64,000 nucleotides of DNA from Christensenellales bacterium (GTDB taxonomy: Bacteria; Bacillota; Clostridia; Christensenellales; Aristaeellaceae). Where the stretch lies: NCBI GenBank assembly GCA_045226335.1, contig JBGVCH010000085.1, positions 1,819 to 65,818 of the forward strand, written 5' to 3'. Position 1 is the first letter of the stretch, and every line of letters starts with the position of its first letter. A program made the translations under genes and the position numbers. The notes under the pieces are model-generated. The model saw only the letters and a program-made list of their open reading frames with translations. It did not search any database and had not been told where the DNA came from. Shown one piece after another: positions 40,426-49,604 of this stretch.

Positions 40426-41415
40426 ATGAAAAAGTTCTTTGCGTTCCTGCTGGCCGCCATGATGCTGCTGGCCATGGTTCCCGCCCTGGCGGATCCGACT
40501 CCCTCGGTGTGCATCGTTGTGGCCGGCTCTCTGGGCGACCGCTCCTTCTATGATTCCGCCAACGAAGGCATCACGGCCCTGGCTGCGGACTTCGGCACGG
40601 TGACCAGCGTCATCGAGTGCAAGGAAGACGCTTCCCTCTACGAGAACGCGCTGTTCGACGCGGCTGAGAAGTACGACATCATCGCCGCGGTGGGCTGGCA
40701 GTTCTACGATGCCCTGTCCGACGAAAACGGCGTGCTGTCCGCCTTCCCGGACAAGCAGTTCCTCTTCATCGACAACGCCCTGGAGGAGATCCCCGAAAAC
40801 CTGATGTGCATCACTTACACCCAGAACGAGGGCTCCTACCTGGCGGGCTACATCGCCGCTTCCCTATCCCAGACCGGCATCATCGGCGTTGTGGGCGGCG
40901 AGGACAGCGATACCATCAACGACTTCATCGTGGGCTACGAGGCCGGCGCGCTGTACCGCAACCCGGACTGCAAGGTCCTGAAGCAGTATGCCAACGACTA
41001 TGAAGACCCGGCCAAGGGCAAGAGCTGCGCGGAGGCCCTGTACGGCGCCGGCGCGGACATCGTCTTCGCCGTGGCCGGCAAGACCGGCGAGGGCGTCTTC
41101 GAGGCCGCCAAGGAAGTGAACAAGCTGGCCATCGGCGTGGACGGCGACCAGAAGTACATCGACCCCGACCGGATCATCTGCTCCATGGTCAAGAAGGTCG
41201 GCCAGTCCATCTATGACGTAGCGGCCAACCCCGACAAGTTCGCGGGCGGCACCGTCTGGAGCGCCGACATGGAAACCGGCTACATCGACGTGGTGTACGG
41301 CACCGAGGACATGCCCCAGCAGGTGTCTGACGAACTGAAGGCGGAAGTTGAGGAGATCAAGGCCAAGATCATCTCCGGCGAGATCGTTGTCCCCACCGCC
41401 TTTGCCGCGGAGTAA
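40426..41415 (+). CDS. BMP-family (PnrA/Med-like) ABC transporter substrate-binding protein
   Basis: The signal peptide is MKKFFAFLLAAMMLLAMVPALA. It continues ...VVAGSLGDRSFYDSANEG...GVVGGEDSDTINDFIVGYEAGA. An alternative GTG start lies at 40414. Confidence 0.85.
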   Translation: MKKFFAFLLAAMMLLAMVPALADPTPSVCIVVAGSLGDRSFYDSANEGITALAADFGTVTSVIECKEDASLYENALFDAAEKYDIIAAVGWQFYDALSDENGVLSAFPDKQFLFIDNALEEIPENLMCITYTQNEGSYLAGYIAASLSQTGIIGVVGGEDSDTINDFIVGYEAGALYRNPDCKVLKQYANDYEDPAKGKSCAEALYGAGADIVFAVAGKTGEGVFEAAKEVNKLAIGVDGDQKYIDPDRIICSMVKKVGQSIYDVAANPDKFAGGTVWSADMETGYIDVVYGTEDMPQQVSDELKAEVEEIKAKIISGEIVVPTAFAAE

Positions 41416-41424
41416 CCTTTCCCC

Positions 41425-41466
41425 GCGCAGCCGTGTTCCCGCTGCGGAACGCGGCTGCGCTGTTTT
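41425..41466 (+). terminator. Strong hairpin plus U-tract between the SBP and ATPase genes, an intra-operon attenuating terminator
   Basis: GCGCAGCCGTGTTCC (41425-41439) pairs with GGAACGCGGCTGCGC (41446-41460), followed by TGTTTT. Confidence 0.7.
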
Positions 41467-41493
41467 CATGTCATCGGGATTGGAGACGGTTTT

Positions 41494-43185
41494 GTGAACC
41501 CGATTGTTCAGTTTTCCCATGTATCCATGCAGTTCCCCGGCGTGCTGGCCAATGACGATGTGACCCTGGACATTATGCCCGGGGAAGTTTTCGCGTTAGT
41601 GGGCGAAAACGGCGCCGGCAAGTCCACGCTGATGAACATCCTCTTCGGGCTGAACACCCCTTCCGCCGGCACGGTGACGGTGAAAGGCGAACCGATCAGG
41701 TCGTTCAGTTCCGTTGGCGCCATCGCCCGGGGCATCGGCATGGTGCACCAGCATTTCATGCTCGTGCCGTCCTTTACCGTGGCCCAGAATATCGTGCTGG
41801 GCAATGAGCCGATGCTGCCGCCCTTCTACAACTTCTCCGAAGCCAACGCCATCGTCCGGAATCTGGTGGAGGAATACAGCCTGCGGGTGAACCCGGAGGA
41901 CAGGGTACAGGACATCAGCGTGGGCCTGCAGCAGCGGGTGGAGATCCTGAAGGCGCTCTGGCGCGGCGCGGATGTGCTGATCCTCGACGAGCCCACCGCG
42001 GTCCTCACCCCCCAAGAAACCGATGAGCTGTTCGCCGTCATCCGGAAGATCGTCCATGAGAAGGGCATGACGGTGATCATCATCACACACAAGCTCTACG
42101 AGGTCATGGCCATCTCGGACCGGGTCGGCGTCATGCGGCAGGGACGCCTGGTAGGCGTTGAGCGCACGAAAGACGTGAACGAACGGATCCTGGCCTCCAT
42201 GATGGTGGGCAAGGATGTGCTTCTCCAGCCCCTGGAGCGGAAAAAGCAGCGCATCGTCGGCATCCGGGTGGAGGATCTGCATGTGTCGGACAGCCGGGGG
42301 CTTCCGGCTGTCCGGGGGCTGTCCTTCGAGGTGGAGCGCGGAGAGATCCTGGGCATCGCCGGCGTGGAGGGCAACGGGCAGAGCGAGCTGGTGGAAGCCA
42401 TCACGGGTCTCCGGCGTTTCAGCGGCGGCGAGATCACCGTCAACGGCACCAGCATCCGGCATCTCTCCCCCGGCAAGATCCGCCGCCTGGGGCTGGCCCA
42501 TGTGCCGGAAGACCGGCTCTCCACCGGCGTGGCCGCCAAGGCGGATATCGTGGACAACCTCGCCACGGGCAAGCAGCGCAAATGGCCCTTCTCCATCGCC
42601 CATGTGCACCTGATGAAAAGCGGGATGAAGCGCTACGCCAAAAAGCTTTCGGAAGAATATGACATCCGGGGCGGCGGCATCTGGACCAAGGCCGGGGATC
42701 TCTCCGGCGGCAACATGCAGAAAGTGGTGCTGGCCCGGGAGTTTTCCTTCAACGCCTCCGTGCTGGTCATCGCCCAGCCCACCCGGGGCGTGGACATCGG
42801 CGCCATGGAGACCATTCATCAGCAGATCATGGACCGCCGCAACGCGGGCTGCGCCATCCTGCTGGTCAGCGCGGATCTGGACGAGCTCTACCGCCTCTCC
42901 GACCGCATGATCACCATCTACGAAGGCCGGATCACGGGCGTCTTCAGGCCGGACAAGGCAGACCGCACCCTGGTCAGCCAGTGCATGACCGGAACGGCCA
43001 CCCATCTCGCGGATGAGAACGATGATGAAGATTCTTCCCGGTCCGAAGAGAAAAAGAAAAAGAAGAAAAAGAAAGAAAATCCGGATCGCGGCGAAAACGT
43101 GAAGGAAGAAAAAGGCAAGAAGAAAAAGAAGAAGAAAAAAGCGGAACAGCAGTCGGACAAGCGCAGGAAAGACGGGGATTCGTGA
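41494..43185 (+). CDS. Duplicated-ATPase ABC transporter ATP-binding protein (nucleoside/simple-sugar type) with a C-terminal acidic and poly-Lys extension of about 57 aa
   Basis: There are two nucleotide-binding domains. The first has GENGAGKST, a signature region and LILDEPT. The second has LSGGNMQKV and LVIAQPTRGVD. The tail reads DENDDEDSSRSEEKKKKKKKKENPDRGENVKEEKGKKKKKKKKAEQQSDKRRKDGDS. The start is GTG. Confidence 0.9.
   Translation: MNPIVQFSHVSMQFPGVLANDDVTLDIMPGEVFALVGENGAGKSTLMNILFGLNTPSAGTVTVKGEPIRSFSSVGAIARGIGMVHQHFMLVPSFTVAQNIVLGNEPMLPPFYNFSEANAIVRNLVEEYSLRVNPEDRVQDISVGLQQRVEILKALWRGADVLILDEPTAVLTPQETDELFAVIRKIVHEKGMTVIIITHKLYEVMAISDRVGVMRQGRLVGVERTKDVNERILASMMVGKDVLLQPLERKKQRIVGIRVEDLHVSDSRGLPAVRGLSFEVERGEILGIAGVEGNGQSELVEAITGLRRFSGGEITVNGTSIRHLSPGKIRRLGLAHVPEDRLSTGVAAKADIVDNLATGKQRKWPFSIAHVHLMKSGMKRYAKKLSEEYDIRGGGIWTKAGDLSGGNMQKVVLAREFSFNASVLVIAQPTRGVDIGAMETIHQQIMDRRNAGCAILLVSADLDELYRLSDRMITIYEGRITGVFRPDKADRTLVSQCMTGTATHLADENDDEDSSRSEEKKKKKKKKENPDRGENVKEEKGKKKKKKKKAEQQSDKRRKDGDS
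43045..43141 (+). repeat. Two AT-rich polypurine tracts, each encoding a Lys8 run
   Basis: Positions 43045-43079 are an uninterrupted run of 35 purines, with Lys8 codons at 43051-43074. Positions 43117-43141 are 25 purines, with Lys8 at 43117-43140. This composition contrasts sharply with the surrounding GC-rich DNA. Confidence 0.9.
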
Positions 43186-43215
43186 TCATCCGCCGAAAGA
43201 CAGAAGGGATCTCAA

Positions 43216-44286
43216 ATGCGAGTAAAGAACACCATGTCGTATCTCATCAGTCTGACCGTCAGCGTGGTGCTGGCGCTGGGGATCGGCGCGTTTCTGATGT
43301 ACGTGACGGGGCATGACCCGCTGGAAGGGTACGCAGCCCTGATCCAGGGTGCCTTTGGCAGCAAGCGCGGATGGGGCAACACCCTCTACAAGACGGGACA
43401 GCTGGCCATCACCGGCCTGGCCACCGCCGTGGCGTCCAGCTCCGGCGTTTTCAACGTGGGCGGCGAAGGCCAGATGTACCTGGGCGCACTGGCCTCCTGC
43501 TGGATCGCCACGCTGCTGACGGGAATCTCCCCGCTGATCGCCATCCCGGTCTGCCTGCTGTGCGCCATCGCGGCCGGCAGCCTGTATGCCCTGATCCCGG
43601 CCGTGCTGAAGGTCAAGCTCCAGATCAGCGAGGTCATCACCACCATCCTCATGAACTCCATCGCCATCTTCTTCTGCAGCTACATGGCCAAGGGTCCCCT
43701 GAAAACCACCGAAGCCCGGGTCAGCGTCGGCACCGCCAAGCTGGACAGCGCCTTCCAGTTCGACAAGCTGATCCCAGGATCCAACCTGACACAGACCATC
43801 TTCTGGATCGCGGCGGCCGCTCTGATTGTCTGGTACATCATGAGCCGCACCACCCTGGGATTCGAGATGAAGATGTCCGGGCACAACGAACGCTTTGCCC
43901 GGTTCAGCGGCATCAAGGCCGGAAAGATGGCTATCGTCGGCATGCTGATTTCCGGCGCGCTGTGCGGCATGCTGGGCATGTTCGAGTGCTTCGGCCTGCA
44001 ATCGCGCTTCAAGCCGGATTTCTCCAATGAGTTCTACTTCGACGGCATGCTGGTGGCCATGATCATGCGCTATCAGCCCCTGGGGATCGTCCTCATGAGC
44101 TTCTTCTTCGGCGCGCTGAAGATGGGCGCCATCAAGATGCAGTCCGATACCGCCATCCCCTCCGAGCTGATCCTGATCATTCAGTCCATCATCATCTTCT
44201 TCATGGCCGCGGAGGAGGGCCTGATGGCCGGGCTTCGGGTGCGGATGGCCAGCCGCCGGGTCAATGCCGGAAAGGAGGCGCAGTGA
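43216..44286 (+). CDS. ABC transporter permease (BPD_transp_2 type)
   Basis: The 356-aa polytopic membrane protein sits in the operon directly after the ATPase. Confidence 0.85.
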   Translation: MRVKNTMSYLISLTVSVVLALGIGAFLMYVTGHDPLEGYAALIQGAFGSKRGWGNTLYKTGQLAITGLATAVASSSGVFNVGGEGQMYLGALASCWIATLLTGISPLIAIPVCLLCAIAAGSLYALIPAVLKVKLQISEVITTILMNSIAIFFCSYMAKGPLKTTEARVSVGTAKLDSAFQFDKLIPGSNLTQTIFWIAAAALIVWYIMSRTTLGFEMKMSGHNERFARFSGIKAGKMAIVGMLISGALCGMLGMFECFGLQSRFKPDFSNEFYFDGMLVAMIMRYQPLGIVLMSFFFGALKMGAIKMQSDTAIPSELILIIQSIIIFFMAAEEGLMAGLRVRMASRRVNAGKEAQ

Positions 44287-45233
44287 GCATGGACTGGTCC
44301 ATGGTCTTCAGTTTTGACACGCTGCTGAACTCCGTCAACACCGGCACCATCGTGGTGCTGGCGGCGCTGGGCTGCCTGATGACCGAGCAGGCCGGCATGA
44401 TGAACATCGGCATCGACGGCATGATGACCGCCAGCGCCTTCGCGGCCGTGATCGGCTCCTGGGCTTCCGGCAGCTGGATCGTCGGGCTGTTGGCTGCCCT
44501 GGCCGTCGGACTGCTCTCCGGTCTGTTCTACGGCGTCATGGTCATCAAGCTCAAAAGCGACGAGTTCATCATCGGCGTGGCTTTCAACATCTTTGCCGTC
44601 GCGCTGACCACCTTCATCCTGCGCAGCGCTTTCAACCAAAGCGGTTCCTTCCACCCGGAGAAGGGCGAGATCATTGGCATCCCGAGCCTCTCCATGGCAG
44701 GTCTTGGCCTGACCGGCAATATCTCGGTGATGGTGCCCTTCGCCGTCGCGCTGGTGGTCATCACCCATCTGCTGATCTACAGCACCCCTCTGGGCTTCTG
44801 GCTCCACGCCTCCGGCGAACATCCGGAATCCCTGCGCTCCGTCGGTAGGAGCCCCGAGGCGATGAAGTTTTTCGGCTCTCTGGCCTGCGGGTTCTTCTGC
44901 GGGCTTTCCGGCGCTTATCTCTCCCTGGGATACATGACCGCCTTCACGGAAAACATGTCCGCTTCCCGGGGCTTCGTGGCCGTGGCCTGCGTGATCTTCG
45001 GCCGGGCCAACCCGCTTCTGGTCACCGCGGCGGCCCTGCTCTTCGGCTTCATCGACGCCGCCGGCCAGCGCCTGCAGCTCCTGGGTGTGGTGGACTCCAC
45101 CCTCACCGCCACTTTCCCGTACATCGGCACCATCATCATGATGGTGGTCCTGGCCATTCTGGACCGGGTGAAAAAGCAGCAGAGGGCCGCGCACGAAAAC
45201 AAAAAGGCGCTGGAGGATCAGCTTCCCGGCTGA
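44283..45233 (+). CDS. ABC transporter permease (second subunit)
   Basis: The 316-aa polytopic membrane protein has a GTG start overlapping the previous stop. An alternative ATG lies at 44289. Confidence 0.85.
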   Translation: MSMDWSMVFSFDTLLNSVNTGTIVVLAALGCLMTEQAGMMNIGIDGMMTASAFAAVIGSWASGSWIVGLLAALAVGLLSGLFYGVMVIKLKSDEFIIGVAFNIFAVALTTFILRSAFNQSGSFHPEKGEIIGIPSLSMAGLGLTGNISVMVPFAVALVVITHLLIYSTPLGFWLHASGEHPESLRSVGRSPEAMKFFGSLACGFFCGLSGAYLSLGYMTAFTENMSASRGFVAVACVIFGRANPLLVTAAALLFGFIDAAGQRLQLLGVVDSTLTATFPYIGTIIMMVVLAILDRVKKQQRAAHENKKALEDQLPG

Positions 45234-45251
45234 TGCTTCCGCGCCGCGGCG

Positions 45252-45278
45252 GGGGAACCGGTCTCCGGTTCTCCTTTT
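45252..45278 (+). terminator. Probable terminator of the BMP-ABC operon
   Basis: GGGAACCGG and CCGGTTCTCC form a hairpin, followed by TTTT (45275-45278). Confidence 0.55.
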
Positions 45279-45310
45279 CATTTCGGCGCGCCGCGGACTT
45301 CTTGTGCCTC

Positions 45311-45339
45311 TTTACTTTTTCCCTCCAAAACGGTATAAT
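45311..45339 (+). promoter_or_regulatory. Putative parA promoter
   Basis: TTTACT (45311-45316), a 17-nt spacer, then TATAAT (45334-45339). Confidence 0.6.
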
Positions 45340-45383
45340 CCACCCGTATTGTTGTGTGCATTTTTCGGGAGGAGAGACACGGC

Positions 45384-46187
45384 ATGGGGAAGATCGTCGC
45401 GGTGACCAATCAGAAGGGCGGCGTGGGCAAGACCACCACCGCCATCAACCTGTCCGCTATGCTTGGGCAGGCGGGTCAGCGGGTGCTGGCCGTTGATCTG
45501 GATCCCCAGGGCAATACCACCTCCGGCCTCGGGACCCGGCCGGGAACCGACAGCGTTTACGAGGCGCTGCTGGGCCGGACGGCTGTCCGGAACGCTGTGG
45601 TCCAGACATCCTGGAAGGGGCTGTCCCTGCTGGGGGCCGACATCCGCCTGGCCGGTGCCGAGCTGGAGCTGGTGAACATGGACCGCCGGGAGTACAGGCT
45701 GAAGGACGCGCTGGCCAGCTTGCGCGACCATTATGATTTCATTCTGGTGGACTGCCCGCCGTCCCTGGGGCTGCTGACGGTGAACGCGCTTACCGCCGCC
45801 GACACCGTCCTGATTCCGATCCAGTGCGAGTACTACGCCCTGGAAGGACTGTCGAGTCTGATGAACACCATCACCCGGGTCAATCATACCTTTAACCCGG
45901 CGCTGGGCATCGAGGGCATCCTGCTGACAATGATGGACGGCCGTACCAACCTGTCCACCCAGGTGGCCGAAGAGGTCAAGAGCCATTTCCGGCGGGAGGT
46001 GTACAGCGTGACCATCCCCCGCAGCGTCCGCCTGGGAGAAGCCCCCAGCCACGGCGAGCCCATCCATGTGTATGATCCGCGGTCCGCGGGTTCTCTGGCC
46101 TACGCGGTGCTGACCCGGGAATTTCTGCACCGCAATGGAAAGAGTGTCCGGGCCGGCACCCTGCCCATGCCCGGCAAGCATAAGTGA
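45384..46187 (+). CDS. parA: ParA/Soj chromosome-partitioning ATPase
   Basis: MGKIVAVTNQKGGVGKTTTAINLSA is a deviant Walker A. DCPPSLG is present. The RBS is GGGAGGAG. Confidence 0.9.
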   Translation: MGKIVAVTNQKGGVGKTTTAINLSAMLGQAGQRVLAVDLDPQGNTTSGLGTRPGTDSVYEALLGRTAVRNAVVQTSWKGLSLLGADIRLAGAELELVNMDRREYRLKDALASLRDHYDFILVDCPPSLGLLTVNALTAADTVLIPIQCEYYALEGLSSLMNTITRVNHTFNPALGIEGILLTMMDGRTNLSTQVAEEVKSHFRREVYSVTIPRSVRLGEAPSHGEPIHVYDPRSAGSLAYAVLTREFLHRNGKSVRAGTLPMPGKHK

Positions 46188-46225
46188 CGCCCGGATCTCA
46201 TTCCGGGCGGCAGAAAGAGGTCCCT

Positions 46226-47080
46226 ATGGCAAAGAAAACACACGGTCTGGGACGGGGGCTTGACGTCCTCCTCCCGGATATTCACGACGATGACAGCGGC
46301 ATCCGGGAGATCGAGATCGGCCGGATTGATCCCAACCCCAACCAGCCGCGGCAGTCCTTCAGCGAAGAGAGCATCCGGCAGCTGGCCGATTCCATCAAGG
46401 AAGTGGGCCTGCTTCAGCCGGTCCTGGTGACGGAAAGCGGCGGCCGCTACCGCATCGTGGCGGGCGAACGCCGCTGGCGCGCCGCCCGGGCCGCCGGGCT
46501 GGAAACCATCCCCTGCGTCGTCCGGGATCTGGACCGGATGCAGGAGATGGAGGCCGCTCTGATCGAGAACCTGCAGCGGGAAGACCTGAATCCGGTGGAA
46601 TCCGCCCTGGGCATCCGGGCCCTGATGGACGGCTACGGCCTCACCCAGGAGGAAGTGGCTGCCCGGCTGGCCAAGAGCCGCCCCGCCGTGGCCAACCTGC
46701 TGCGGATCCTCACCCTGCCGGAAGCGGTCCTCGACATGGTCCGGGACGGAAGGCTGTCTCTTGGCCACGCCCGGGCCATTGCCGGCATGGACCGGAAGCC
46801 GGAGAGCCAGATCGCCCTGGCCACCCTGGCCGTGGAGGAGGGGTGGAGCGTCCGCCGTCTGGAGGAGGCCGCCGCCCATCAGAAGCCCGGGAAAGCCGCC
46901 TCGCCCCGGCGCGGCGAGATCCCCCCGGAACTCCGGCAGCTGGAGGACAATATGCGGGAGCGTCTCGGCGTGCGCACGGTCATCACGGGCAGCGCGAGCC
47001 GCGGGCGGATCGTCCTGCAGTACAACTCCGCCGCGGAACTGGAAGCCATCTGGGACGCCATCGAGCGCCTTCACGAGTGA
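46226..47080 (+). CDS. parB: ParB/Spo0J partition protein
   Basis: GLGRGLDVLL, ...IDPNPNQPRQSF, ...VAGERRWRAA (ParB box) and an HTH region reading TQEEVAARLAKSRPAVANLLR are present. Confidence 0.9.
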   Translation: MAKKTHGLGRGLDVLLPDIHDDDSGIREIEIGRIDPNPNQPRQSFSEESIRQLADSIKEVGLLQPVLVTESGGRYRIVAGERRWRAARAAGLETIPCVVRDLDRMQEMEAALIENLQREDLNPVESALGIRALMDGYGLTQEEVAARLAKSRPAVANLLRILTLPEAVLDMVRDGRLSLGHARAIAGMDRKPESQIALATLAVEEGWSVRRLEEAAAHQKPGKAASPRRGEIPPELRQLEDNMRERLGVRTVITGSASRGRIVLQYNSAAELEAIWDAIERLHE

Positions 47081-47104
47081 AACGCACAGGAGGTAGCGAT
47101 CCGT

Positions 47105-47800
47105 ATGCAGTCCGATCTTCCCCGCTGGGACGGTCCGCTTTCACACCCCTTCTACTCTCACGTGGTCAAGCGTGTCATCGACTTTCTCCTGGCGCTGATT
47201 CTGCTGATCCCGGCTCTGGTGGTGATGCTGCCCCTGGCCGTCTGGGTGAAGCTGGACAGCCCGGGCCCCGTGTTCTACCGGGCACCTAGGGGAGGTTATC
47301 ACAACAAAACCTTCCGGATCATGAAGTTCCGCTCCATGGTGGTGGACGCGGACAAGACCGGCGGCACCACTGCCCTGAACGACAGCCGGGTCACCCGGGC
47401 CGGCAAGGTCATGCGCCGGCTGAAGCTGGATGAGCTGCCGCAGCTGTTCAACATCCTGAAGGGAGAAATGTCCTTCGTCGGCCCACGGCCGGAACTGCTG
47501 CTCTACACCACGCAGTACACAAAGGAGCAGGAGTGCATCCTCTGGGTCCGGCCCGGCATCACGGACCGGTCCTCCATCGTCTACATCGCGCAGGATGAGC
47601 TGCTGGGCACGGAGAATCCCGTGGAGAACTATGAAAAGTACATCCTGCCGGAAAAGAACCGTCTCCGGGTGGAATACGCCCTGAATCAGTCTTTCCCCCT
47701 GGATTGCCGCCTGTTCTTCGAGACCATTGGCGGCGTCTTCGGCAAGGCGAAAAAGATGCAGGAAGAGCATCATCAGCACCTTAAGGAGGAGAGCAAATGA
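47105..47800 (+). CDS. Small monotopic phosphoglycosyl (sugar) transferase, EpsL/PglC/WcaJ C-terminal-domain type
   Basis: KRVIDFLLALILLIPALVVMLPLAVWVKLDSPGPVFYR...RSMV...DELPQLFNILKGEMSFVGPRPE shows Bac_transf family motifs. Confidence 0.85.
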   Translation: MQSDLPRWDGPLSHPFYSHVVKRVIDFLLALILLIPALVVMLPLAVWVKLDSPGPVFYRAPRGGYHNKTFRIMKFRSMVVDADKTGGTTALNDSRVTRAGKVMRRLKLDELPQLFNILKGEMSFVGPRPELLLYTTQYTKEQECILWVRPGITDRSSIVYIAQDELLGTENPVENYEKYILPEKNRLRVEYALNQSFPLDCRLFFETIGGVFGKAKKMQEEHHQHLKEESK

Positions 47801-48672
47801 CCGACACGCCCTACACGGATCTGACCCACGCGGCGTTTTCGCCGGCGGCGCCGGATCCATCCGATCCCAGGGTGCTGGCCTGGCTCATCCGGCGTCACGG
47901 TCTGGAGATGACCCACCTGAGCCGCGGGAGCCACATCGGCGCCATCTTTTCCCTGGCGGAGATCATGGCGGTGCTCTACACCCGGGTCCTGAAGGTCCGG
48001 CCCGACGATCCCAAGTGGCCGGAACGGGACAGGCTGATCCTGTCGAAGGGGCATGCCGGCGCCGCCGTCTATGCCGCGCTGGCGGAACGCGGCTTTTTTC
48101 CGGTCGAGGAGCTGAAAACGCACTATGCCAACGGTTCCCGCCTGTCCGGCCATGTGAGCCACAAGGGGATCCCGGGGGTGGAGCTCTCCACCGGCTCTCT
48201 GGGCCACGGCCTCGGCGTGGCGGTGGGCATGGCCCTGGGCGCGAAGATGGACGGCGCCTCCTGGCGGACGTTCGCCGTGCTGGGAGACGGGGAGTGCGAT
48301 GAAGGCTCGGTCTGGGAGGCCGCGCTCCAGGCCCGGCAGTACGGGCTGGATCATCTCATTGCCGTGGTGGATCACAACCGCATGCAGTCTCTGGATTTCT
48401 GCGAGAACACCCTGGCGCTGGAACCCTTCGCGGACAAATGGCGCGCTTTCGGATGGCACGCCGTGGAAGCGGACGGCCACGACACGGAAGCCCTGGCCGC
48501 GGCCTTCGGCGACGCCATGGCCTGGCGGGAGGGTCCCAGCGTCATCATCGCCGGGACGGTGAAGGGCAAAGGGGTCTCCTTCATGGAGAACAACATCCTC
48601 TGGCACTACCGCACCCCCCAGGGGGACGAGTATGAAGCGGCGCTTCGGGAATTGGAGGCACAGCGGCCATGA
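47797..48672 (+). CDS. Transketolase, N-terminal (ThDP-binding) subunit
   Basis: SKGHAGAAVYAALAERGFF...STGSLGHGLGVAVGMA...VLGDGECDEGSVWEA...DHN shows the split-transketolase signature. An ATGA overlap links it to the upstream gene. Confidence 0.9.
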   Translation: MTDTPYTDLTHAAFSPAAPDPSDPRVLAWLIRRHGLEMTHLSRGSHIGAIFSLAEIMAVLYTRVLKVRPDDPKWPERDRLILSKGHAGAAVYAALAERGFFPVEELKTHYANGSRLSGHVSHKGIPGVELSTGSLGHGLGVAVGMALGAKMDGASWRTFAVLGDGECDEGSVWEAALQARQYGLDHLIAVVDHNRMQSLDFCENTLALEPFADKWRAFGWHAVEADGHDTEALAAAFGDAMAWREGPSVIIAGTVKGKGVSFMENNILWHYRTPQGDEYEAALRELEAQRP

Positions 48673-49601
48673 GAGACGCATTCACCCGGGTCCTGATGCG
48701 GGAAGCCGCGGCGGATCCACGGCTGACGCTGATCACCGGCGATCTGGGCTTCGGCGTGCTGAAGCCCTTCTGGGAGACCTATCCGAAGCAGTTCATCAAC
48801 GCCGGCATCGCGGAACAGGGCATGACCGCCATGGCCGCCGGGCTGGCCGCCACCGGCCGTACGGTGCTGACCTATTCCATCGGCAACTTCCCCACCCTGC
48901 GCTGTGTCGAGCAGATCCGCAACGACTGCGCCTACCACGGGGCCAACGTGAAGATCGTGTGCGTGGGCGGCGGGTTTGTCTACGGCAGCCTGGGCATGAG
49001 CCATCACGCCACGGAGGACATCGCCGTCCTGCGGGCGCTGCCCGGCGTGACCGTCTTCACCCCCGGCGATCCGGCCGAGGTGGAGGCCGTGGTGCCGATG
49101 ATGCTCCGGACCCCCGGCACCTGCTACCTGCGGCTGGGCCGCGGCGGTGAGCCCGTCGTGCACCCGGAGCCCGTCGCGGACTGGGCCGTTCCCCGGGCGC
49201 TGACCCTGCGAAAGGGCAAAGACGTGGCGCTGCTCTCCGCCGGCGGCATCCTGACCCAGACCACGGCGGCGGCGGACCTCCTGGCCGCGCGGGGCGTCTC
49301 GGCGGAAGTGGTCTCCTTCCCCTGCGTAAAGCCCATCGACGCCGAAGCCCTGAGGCAGCTGGCGGCCCGTTTCCCCCTGCTGGTCACGGTGGAGGAGCAC
49401 AACGTGACGGGCGGCTTCGGCTCCGCGGTGTGTGAAGTGCTGGCTGAGGACGGTTTCGCCTGCAAGGTGAAGCGCATCGGTATGCCGGATGTGTATTCCA
49501 GTGTCGTGGGAACCCAGCAGTATCTGCGCGGTGTGTACGGCATGGACGCCGAAGCTGTCTGCCACCGCACCCTGGAATGGCTGAAGAAAACGGAGGACTG
49601 A
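48669..49601 (+). CDS. Transketolase, C-terminal (pyrimidine-binding) subunit
   Basis: FINAGIAEQGMTAMAAGLA...SHHATEDIAVLRALPGVTVFTPGD is present. An ATGA overlap links it to the upstream gene. Confidence 0.9.
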   Translation: MRDAFTRVLMREAAADPRLTLITGDLGFGVLKPFWETYPKQFINAGIAEQGMTAMAAGLAATGRTVLTYSIGNFPTLRCVEQIRNDCAYHGANVKIVCVGGGFVYGSLGMSHHATEDIAVLRALPGVTVFTPGDPAEVEAVVPMMLRTPGTCYLRLGRGGEPVVHPEPVADWAVPRALTLRKGKDVALLSAGGILTQTTAAADLLAARGVSAEVVSFPCVKPIDAEALRQLAARFPLLVTVEEHNVTGGFGSAVCEVLAEDGFACKVKRIGMPDVYSSVVGTQQYLRGVYGMDAEAVCHRTLEWLKKTED

Positions 49602-49604
49602 TCC

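Noticed and set aside
42918-43189. Minus-strand ORFs rich in Phe and Ser (FFFFFFF) opposite the poly-Lys tract
   Set aside because: They are simply the complement of the AAG/AAA lysine runs inside a well-supported ABC ATPase frame, with no independent coding signal.
45240-45297. A direct 9-nt repeat, GCGCCGCGG, flanking the terminator hairpin after the ABC permease, considered as a possible insertion scar
   Set aside because: The repeat is very short, GC-rich and itself palindromic (a CCGCGG core). The enclosed 40 nt contain only a terminator hairpin, with no mobile-element features.
47069-47084. A parS-like sequence, CTTCACGAGTGAAACG, at the 3' end of parB
   Set aside because: The half-sites are separated by 2 extra nucleotides, and the left arm deviates from TGTTNCAC. 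It is not a credible ParB-binding parS without experimental support.
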